Positions 10,105 through 18,776 of a stretch of DNA of 20,000 nt are shown piece by piece. How positions within the stretch are numbered: position 1 is the first letter of the stretch; every line of letters starts with the position of its first letter. Position numbers and translations under genes: made by a program. The notes beneath the pieces are model-generated. The model ran no database searches. It saw only the letters and a list, made by a program, of their open reading frames with translations, and was not told the DNA's origin. The stretch is from Saprolegnia diclina VS20 (lineage: Eukaryota). The stretch spans positions 840,403 to 860,402 of the forward strand of contig NW_008246078.1 in assembly GCF_000281045.1 (NCBI RefSeq), read 5' to 3'.

Positions 10105-10950
10105 ACAAAAGATACGCTGAGCTTGATATGTGTATGGCATACTAAAACAAAATAAGAGAAAGGCCAGACTCAAAGTGCACCGTCGCCACGACAACGGTAA
10201 GCGATGTGATTCGTGGATAGTGCGACATTGCACTTGGATGACGTGATGTAGCTCGTCGCGCGACTAGAAAGGGCATCCTTGAACCGTTGAAGCTCCGCGT
10301 GGGGCAAACTGTATCCGCGGTCGGCGGCGAGCCATGCACGCAGTGTCTCGACAGGCCTTGTCACTATGCTCCCACATATGAGGGCGTCAGCGACTCGTGA
10401 GTTCTCTCGGTTTCTATCAAATCGCAGTGGTAGGCTTTGGCTGCCTCGCAAGGTTGTGCCAGTGTCCCGATGGAGGTATATCCGTTGACACCGCCCACAA
10501 TGAAGTCGGTAGCGACGTCGCTCGCTACTCAGTATGGTGCGTGGCTATGTTGATGCGGACCTGGGATCGCCACGGCGATGCGAAAGGTAGCAAGTCGAGA
10601 AGAGACGACAAAATAAGGGGGAAGTATCACCATCGTCTGCTTTGCAGTCCGCTGCTTGAAGCAGGCTGGTGCATGGGACGTGTACGATCAAGGCTGTTCT
10701 CTTGAAGCTGATATCCAAGAAACCTGGTTCGGCTACCTCTTCTCGACCCACGGAACAGTCTGGGAATGGAAAGTTGACAAAGAAATGGCTTCCTCGCGAT
10801 CACCCTAATGGCGTCGTGTACACCGGTGTATGTGCACCGGTACACATCGTCAGCTTGTGAGCCCACACACAAGTCTGTGACGTGGTTGCATCATCGCCCT
10901 GTCGTATTTTCGTCGTCTTAAATAGTCGTTTGTACCGTATTCGGTGGCAA

Positions 10951-12143
10951 TTACACTTGCACAACAGCGTCGTCGTCGTCCATTCTAGTCGCCATTGCGC
11001 CCAAGACCGTGCTGAAATGCTCGGCAAAGAACAAGCGCTGGGCGTGGTGGCTGTTGAGGAAGCGTTCTTTGAGCACGGCCAGGAGCGTTGCCTCGGTCGA
11101 GCCGCCGAGGCCGACGCAGCGCGCGAGTTGGTCAAGCGAGACGTACCCGCCGCTGTGCGTGCACGGATGCTCGAGCGTGTAGAACGTCCGACAGCGCGTG
11201 CTGCCATTCGGAAGCGCGTCCGCGACCATCCAAAACTTGGTGTTGAACGACCACGGATCGGTGTCGTCGGCGTCGTCGTCCGGGAACATGTCGTCTCTCA
11301 GAATCGAGCGGAGTACAAACGTGACAGATGCCGGCGACTGGAAGCGCGCTTGGAGCGACTTGTTGAAGATACGCTGTGTTGGCGTGCCGAGGTTCTCGCG
11401 CACGTACAAAATGTCGTTGGTCGGCGCCGAGAGGTCGGTGAGCTGCGTGCATCTGTCCCGGAACGCGGCTGCAAATGTCTTTTCCGCGACCCAAAATGCA
11501 TTGTGGACCGCCGCGAGGTCGTACGGCACGACCTGCTGCGCTGCTACTTGGACGAAAAACCGGGCGTCGTCGTCAATGTCGACAGCCACACGCACAAAGT
11601 CGTCGTCCGTCTCGTGGACCGGAAATGCAATGTGGGCCATAACCGCGGTCGTGTTGTAGTACGACTGGCGCGCTATCCACTCGTACCCGAGCGCCCGCGA
11701 CGCGTCGTCACCACACACGAGCTGCGAGTGGCGCCACGTCTCGATATGCTACGCCAGTGCAATCTCAAGCGTGTGCGAGTATGGAGGCCTACCTGCAGCG
11801 CCGGCGGCGGGGTCGCCTCCATCCACGTCTTGAGGAAGACGCCGAGACGCTTGTTGTGCGCAAGCTTCTTCTTGAGCGACCGGTTGTCGCGCACTTGGTC
11901 GAGCGTGTCGTCCTTGAGCGCTTGAGCCACATCCTCCCACGACAGCTGCGTCGAGTGGCAGCGCTTGAGCTTCTCAATGTGCCCTTGGAGAATGTACACT
12001 TGGCGGCGGAGACACTCGAGTTCCTTGACGCGCTTCGATTTGATGTGCGCTAGGCTCGGGAGCCACGATGGGTGTACGTCAAGGTCGGACGGTTTGAGTG
12101 AAGCGAGCATCGGTGGGTGGGGCCTTTGCACAAACTTCATCAT
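10951..12143 (-). CDS. M96-like family paralogue A (bZIP-like coiled coil plus conserved C-terminal domain), 2 exons (12143-11793, 11748-10951), ~382 aa
   Basis: 'HIKSKRVKELECLRRQVYILQGHIEKLK...LSWEDVAQALKDDTLDQVRDNRSLK'. Intron 11792-11749 (GTAGGC...TAG, 44 nt) leads into 'HIETWRHSQL...GYEWI'. Then 'NTKFWMVAD...TRCRTFY'. Clearly homologous to the three other genes in the array. Confidence 0.85.
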
Positions 12144-12972
12144 CTATTAACGTCGGACGGGGCTGCAAATCGAGGAATGATGGATACACATTACGAAAAG
12201 TACATGCCGATGGTGCAGAACCATGTGGCGGTTGGTCAAATCTGGTGTTTGAAAGGCGGCCGATGCATGAAAATTACGGTATTTTCACCAATTTCACGGT
12301 GTTGGATACACGAGGTATACCGGACGCGCGGTGGTTGGAACACGACGTCTCTTACTGCACGAGAGCAATGGCAGAAAAGACGATCGACCCGTGCGGTTCG
12401 TACCAGGTGCATTCTTCCGCGTCCTTGGCGTCTGAGCTGCGACACAGCACGCCTTGAAGCAACCCATTTGAGTTTCAACACGACCCGTAGCGAGTCATAT
12501 AGGATTCGTCGTACATCTTACCAAACATCAACATCCTCATACAATGCGACCACGGATGCGTCGACACCACACAAGGTGAAAAAGACACTCATGGCATCCA
12601 CGGCGAAGGCCTCTCTATGGAAGCTGCTGGTTTGCCGTCAATCGTAGCCGCCCACGAAATCCCGCAAAGTACCGTAAATTACGCAAATTTCGTGTGTTTT
12701 TGACCCGGTTCCCGAACGGAAGCTGCATGGCCGCCAACATCCCACAGTTTGTGACGATGTTGACGCTGGGACTGGCAGCTGGTGTCACTTGACACCGAAT
12801 CGAGGTCTGCCGGCACCGAGAATGACGCTACACGCTCAACTGCGCGTGGTCGTGGGGGAATGAACGCCTGCGTAGAGTCGCACAACGTGGTCGGACAAGG
12901 CGTCGAGTAGCTCGGCGCGATCAGTCGCACGGTCGGAGCCGGCAAGGGGCCGGTTGATTGCTCCGCGGCCCA

Positions 12973-13099
12973 TGACGTGGCAGAAGATTTGTATACTGTA
13001 AGCTTACCGTAGATGACTCATGACCCAGTGGTAAGCCCGTGACTTCAACTTGGCGCCCCCCACGTGGCCATTCAAAGCGAGAAACGGCAGCACGTGGCC
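12973..13099. promoter_or_regulatory. Cluster of bZIP-type cis-elements (CRE/G-box hybrid, AP-1/GCN4 site, two G-boxes)
   Basis: TGACGTGGC 12973-12981, ATGACTCAT 13013-13021, CCACGTGGC 13060-13068 and CACGTGGC 13091-13098, ~0.83-0.95 kb upstream of paralogue A. Function is inferred only. Confidence 0.4.
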
Positions 13100-15314
13100 G
13101 TCAGCGCATCCGTGGCCCCCTTTCATTCTCCGTGTGTATACGAATTGTATGGCTTAAAGCAAGTTGCCTCTACACGGGGTGGAACGTTGTCGTCGCACAC
13201 GCGCGGATATCGAACGGAGGTGATTGCTCGCGCGTTGCTTGTACCTTGTCACGTCCCGATTCGAACGGTTTAACGGCTGACTCGACCTATCTATCGATGC
13301 GCGGCTTTCTTCGTGTACGAAAGTCCGTCGGTAGACGCTGCAGTGCTTGCCATGCCCGACCTGGAAGCGTCCAAGTGGTACTGAAGCGAGAACGCTACAA
13401 CGCAATCAGTGGCTCAAAGCTTGAGCTTTGTGAACTAGCATTCGGACGCTTCTGCATGGAGGTATCACTAGCTGACTGTTTAGTAGCTTTGCAGCGATGA
13501 GCGGCGAGGCGTGTGCTGGCTCGCCTGGCAGCAAGCTCCACCCAACAAGCGACCAAAGAAGGTGTCGATGCGCACTTGCATGGTGTCTGCGAAGGGGTAG
13601 TTTATAGAGGATGGGACTGATGATACGGTGATAGGAAGGGATTTGAAGAGGTGGGCGACATGGCCCGGAGCAAGCTTCCTGCGAGCAATCACCGAACCCT
13701 TTTTCTACATCCATACTAACAAACTAGCAGCTGGGCTAGTGAAGCACTCGGCAGAGAGAAAGAGGAAGAACCAGAACCGCACACCCGATGAGGAGTGTGT
13801 CCGAGAGGCAGGAAGTGGAAGTGAGGCCACGAAGGCTGCTCACGACCTGCTCCGGAATATATTGATATTACGGAGACTGGTATAGTGAGGTCGAGTGGTA
13901 AAAACCTTCCAGTGAAGAAAGGAAAAAGAACCATCCTCGTGAGTGGAAACCGCCACGAGGGCTGGTGAAAACCACTCGGATCCACTGGTGAAGGGATCCA
14001 ACGGCCAAAAAACCCAACGAAGAGTCGAGGTCTTCGAGTTGGCGAACGAACGTGTGGAGTTGCGTTCTACATCCATACGACGAGGTCTCGGCGATGGGCG
14101 AGAGACGATGAGTGTCCCCTGTGCAGCATTTGTCGCTAAGAATGGTGGTAGCAACCAAAAGCTCAGCCAAATGCCTTGACGAACCTCTGACGGTATTTTC
14201 TCATGTTGTCTCGAGTTCTGGTATACCGTTCGGATGAAGCGGTACGGTTACTGCTGCAATGACATGCCAAACCACGATACAAAGCCGCCATCTTGGGTCA
14301 GGGCCTAGACCACAGCAGGCTCAGAGCATGCCGTGCTCGAGACCGATTGAGATCGCAACAGGATTTTTCAAAAAATACACTGCTTTGGGCCAAATCCAAA
14401 CTGCGCGTGCATCACCTCCTCTCGAAACGATAGGGCGCGGGGTGGAGCGACACTCGCACGTGCCCTTCATCTAGAAAGGATACATGCACAGGGGTTCGTG
14501 CTGCGAAAGGTGTTGGTAGGCATGACCGACTCGGTCGTCACTCGTTGCGCCACGTCACAGAATCGTATCAACTTGGAGTTCCATTGTCAAAGTTAAAGAA
14601 AGTTGAGCACAGCACCCAAGATCTAAGAAGACCACATCGTACGTTGTCGCTTGGCCTGCAGCTCCATGCTGAATGCATTTGTTGCAAGCACAGCAGAAAC
14701 GAGCCGGCCACGGGCGACAGTCGATGGTCATCGTCTCTGTAGACGCGCGCTGCGACGACGCTGAAGGCACCGAGTTTGACGTGTGGTTCGTGATGCACAG
14801 CGAATGCAATCGCGGGGGCGAGTACATACAAGTCGGGAAAGTACGACTCGGAGCTAGCGACGTACGAGAGGATGCGTGGTGCAAGTGACTTTGGTTTAAA
14901 AACGTACGTTTTCAGCAAGCGGCAGCTTTTGAGGAGCTGCAGCGTCAGTCACTTGTCGTTGTTTCCTTCGCCATCGGGTACCGGTAGTATGTGAATGACC
15001 TTGTCGACACTACAAGGTTCCCGACGCGCAATGAAAGCGGCTTGTAGGTGCTGACGCGCGTTCGAGTCCAGCAGCGAAAGACAGATTGGGTCGTCCGAGA
15101 CACCAGCCAAGGTCACAAGCTGCACAAATGGCAGATGAAGATGTCGGCAGGCTCTCACGATACGGGCCATAGTAGGCGTCCAGGTCCAGGTGCACAGCTG
15201 TGGGCCAAATCCAACTCGAAACAACAAGTCTCGATAGTCGGCCGGAACGACGCAAGAGGACATGTAGCATCACACGGTAGAATTCAAATAACTTAAGCCT
15301 TGAACGAGGTCTCG

Positions 15315-16600
15315 CTACATGGCGTCACCCATCAAGGCCGACCACTCGTCAAAGCCTTCGGCCGGTGGGCGTCGGGCTGCTAGTGTGTCGGCCACGCAGC
15401 GCGCGTGCATTTGGAAAAAGCTGCGCTGAAGGTGGTGCGTCTCGTGGAAGGACACGCGTAGGCGCTGCAGGTTGGTCGCGTCATCGTCATCGTAGGGCAA
15501 ACCGCGGTGCCGCGCCAAGTCGGACACCGGGACGTACCCCGTGTCGTCCGAGAACGGGTGGTCAATCGTGTAGAACGTCCGGCACCGCGTCAGCTGCGGC
15601 CCGAGCCGGTCAATGACAACCCTACGTCACGATCAATAGCCGCTTGAGTGAGCTAATGTCGTCGTTCCGACCATTGCTTGGTGTTCATGACCCACGTTGC
15701 GCTCGACACGGGGTGAGCTTCGTCCTTGAGGATCGTGCGCAGTGCCAGAACGTACCGGTCACCGGCGGCGAAGAAGCGGCTCAGCGTGTTGTAGCTCAGC
15801 GTGCAGCTGTGCAGGCGCTGAACGATCGACTCGTAATGAAAGTTGTCGGCCGACAATGTCGGCTGGGTGCTATCGAGATACCCAGCAACTTTGCGCAAAT
15901 ACGCCTTGCTAAAGCTCTCGGCCGCGAGGCGGTACGCCTCCGAGACATGCTCGAGCGAGTACGGAAGGTACTCTTGGGACATGACTTCGGCGCGAATGAG
16001 ACTCTCGTTCGTGATGCTGATGTTGACGTCAATGCAGTCGAGCTGCTGAATCGGGTCGTCGGGGAAATGCACGTGGGCCATAGCGCGCTCCGTGTTGAAG
16101 TAGAGCTGGTTGAGGATCCATTCGCAGCCGAGGGTGCGCGAGGCGCCCGAGAGGAGCTGCGAGTGCCGCCACGTCTCCTCGGCGAGGCTTGGCACCACCT
16201 ATATATATATATATGTCTTCGTCGGCCCTCGGCCGATTTGCAAAGAGGGTCGTACGTCGAGCGGGCTGGCGCGGGCCAAGCACTCGTGCAAAAAGCGGCA
16301 GAGGCGCTTGCGGTGCTCCATCTCTTGCTTGAGCGCGCGGTTGTCGCGGACCTTCTCGAGCGTGTCTTCCTTTAGCGCAAGCGCGACGTCTTCCCAGGGC
16401 AGCATCGCGACGTGGCCGCGCTTGAGCTTCGTCACTTGCTCCTGGAGCTCGTACGTGTAGCGGCGTAGGCCCTCGAGGGCCTTTGCCCGCTTCGACTTGA
16501 TGTGGTCGAGCCGCGGGTCCTGCGACGGCTTGATCGGGAGCTTGATGGTCATGCGCCGCTTCTTGGGCGCGGCTTCGTCGGCCGTCACCATGGCGACCAT
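15315..16600 (-). CDS. M96-like family paralogue B, 3 exons (16600-16256, 16198-15672, 15621-15315), ~392 aa
   Basis: 'DPRLDHIKSKRAKALEGLRRYTYELQEQV...LPWEDVALALKEDTLEKVRDNRALK'. Introns 16255-16199 (57 nt) and 15671-15622 (50 nt) are both GT...TAG and give 'EETWRHSQLL', 'NTKQW|VVIDRLGPQLTRCRTFY'. Confidence 0.85.
16200..16214. repeat. (TA)n dinucleotide microsatellite inside intron 1 of paralogue B
   Basis: TATATATATATATAT read directly. On the minus strand it runs straight into the AG acceptor. Confidence 0.9.
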
Positions 16601-16697
16601 GGGTAAATGATGACCGGTTGCACTGTCTCTCCCACGGATATTTTTTCACGTGTACTTTTGAGTTTGAATTTTGTAGGTTGGAGGCCAACGTGTAGAG

Positions 16698-16744
16698 AAA
16701 GTGCACTTTGCACTTTGCACTCGATTTGAGTTTGAGTTTGAGTT
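16698..16744. repeat. Short tandem repeats in the proximal promoter of paralogue B: ~(TGCACTT)3 and (TTTGAG)3
   Basis: AAAGTGCACTTTGCACTTTGCACTC at 16698-16722 and TTTGAGTTTGAGTTTGAGTT at 16725-16744. Confidence 0.8.
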
Positions 16745-16825
16745 AGCGACAGGCGGTGTGTATTATTTCGCATCCCACGGAGCGGGAAATGGCGGCTTGC
16801 ACCGTTGACGCTCGCCCGACGACAA

Positions 16826-17992
16826 CTAACACAGCGTCGTGTGCCCCGGGGCACGCCCACCTTGTGACGTGGCAGCGACCTTCTGCCGCTGCAACACGCC
16901 CTCAAAGTAGGTCTGGAAGCTCATGCGCTGCCGTCGGTGGTTGGCGGCCGACCGCTCTTGCACCGCGCGCGCAAGGACGCATGGATCGTGATCATCGAGG
17001 CCAAACGCACGGCCAAACACCGTCAAAGGCACGGGCGTCTGTTCTTGCCCAATCATCGGGTGCTGAATGACGTAGTACGTCCGGCACCGCGTCATGTGCG
17101 GTGAGAGCGCGTCAACGACCGTCCTACCCGTCGTCTTGAGCACTTTGTCAATGCAAGTGCGTACCATTGTTTGGTATCGACGACCCACGCGGCCGGTGCC
17201 GCTGGGTGCAGCTCGTCGTGGAGGACGGTCCGCAAGACAAAGGTCGACGTTGCTGCGTCATCAAAGCGCCCGCTGAGGACGTTGTAGCAGACGCTCGAAT
17301 CACGATACGCGAGGGCTTCGTGCATGTACTGCATCGAGTCGGAGAGAAGCTCGATGCGCTCGTCGTCGCTGTCGTCTTGGCCGACGAACCGGCGCGCGAA
17401 CGACTGCTCGGCGGTCCAGTAGGCGTCGGCGACGTCACGCAGCGAGTGGGCTACGACTTGCTGTGTCGCCACGTGGATTTGCAGCCGGTTGTCGTGGACG
17501 GTCACATGCACGTCGACGACACTCTCCATTGATTCGGGAAAGGCGAACGCGCTCATGGCGCGGCGGGTATTATAGTACACTTGTTTGAGAATCCATGCGC
17601 AGCCAAGGGCCCGTGACGTCGGGTCGCTTGATAGCAGCTGCGTGTGGCGCCACGTCTCCTCGGCCACGCTCGGCACGCGCTACTCAAGTCATAAGGTACG
17701 ACGAGTGAGAGAGGTGTACGTCGATGCTGAGCTGGGCGCAGGCGTGCACGACGTGGTAAAAGCGCGCATACGCTCGCTGGGTGCGCTGGAGCCGGCGGTT
17801 CTCGCTCACGAGCCGCAGCATGTCGTCCTGGAGCGCCTTGGCGACGTCTTCCCAAGCCAGCAACGAGCCACGCGGGCGCCGCTGGAGCCGCTCGATCGTG
17901 CACTGGAGGTCGTAGATCTCGCGCTTCAGCGCGTCGAGCTTGAAGGCGCAGCGCGTCTCGGGGTTGCGGCGCCGTGCCCGCTTGACCACCAT
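16826..17992 (-). CDS. M96-like family paralogue C, 3 exons (17992-17720, 17679-17165, 17123-16826), ~361 aa
   Basis: 'KLDALKREIYDLQCTIERLQ...LAWEDVAKALQDDMLRLVSENRRLQ'. Introns 17719-17680 (40 nt) and 17164-17124 (41 nt) give 'RVPSVAEETWRHTQLL', 'DTKQW|TVVDALSPHMTRCRTYY'. Confidence 0.85.
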
Positions 17993-18776
17993 CGACTTTG
18001 TGTGGCGATTGGGTTGTACCGGCTGGGGCAGCGTCCGGTCTCGCCAACCGGTTTCGCGCAAGACGCTTCAATTCGCACAGGCAAGTACACGCGCTTCTGA
18101 GTTGCGATCAGAGAACGACGCACGCACAAAAGCAGCTCGCTGCAGTAGCCACGATTTGCCGAGCAGTACCACGCATCAGGCTCGAAAAGGCACCCAGCAG
18201 GCAAGCTTGTTGGGTCGATGCACAATTTACCTAGTATCTATATACTAGTACGAGATGGCGCTAAAGTGGCTACATCGGGTTTGGTAATGAACGGCTGAGA
18301 GTAGTACTTGAACAATTCGGATTGTTCCCAGTGTATTCTGTCTACACCTACAACACGACGCCATCACTACGCCACGGCTGCAGTCGCGCAACAGCCGGCA
18401 CTCCATACTGAAGAGAGTCCACTCTTGTTTGCGGTGTGAAAGACCGCACCATCATCGTCCTGTCCATCCAGGTGGTGGCGGCTAGCATTGCACACACCAG
18501 CAAAAGAAGCAGAGCACAAACTCTGGTTCGGGGGGCGAGGCTTCTCGTTGATGTAGCTGCTCCATTCGTCGTGCAAGGTTATCGCGCCACGTTGAAGCCA
18601 AAGTGCACTTTGCTGTACTCATCTGTGCGAATTCCAGGATTGCGACGCTGTGATTGGCTCATACCATTGGCATCTCAGCTTTACGATCCACACGAGGCCC
18701 GCCGCGCTTCTTCGCCGGACGTTCGCTCGCTTTTTTATAAATCGGAATGTTAAACTTACGCTATCGTGGATGACAA

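Noticed and set aside
10882..11925. Long plus-strand ORF (347 aa) and similar antisense ORFs (1434-2150, 4012-4761, 5524-6387, 7166-8077, 15644-16375)
   Set aside because: These are shadow ORFs on the opposite strand of real GC3-rich genes, with R/V/G-biased composition and no motifs.
16698..16744. (TTTGAG)3 as telomere-like sequence or CRISPR-like repeats
   Set aside because: Only three units, not the TTTAGGG/TTAGGG telomeric type, no spacers, and a eukaryotic context.
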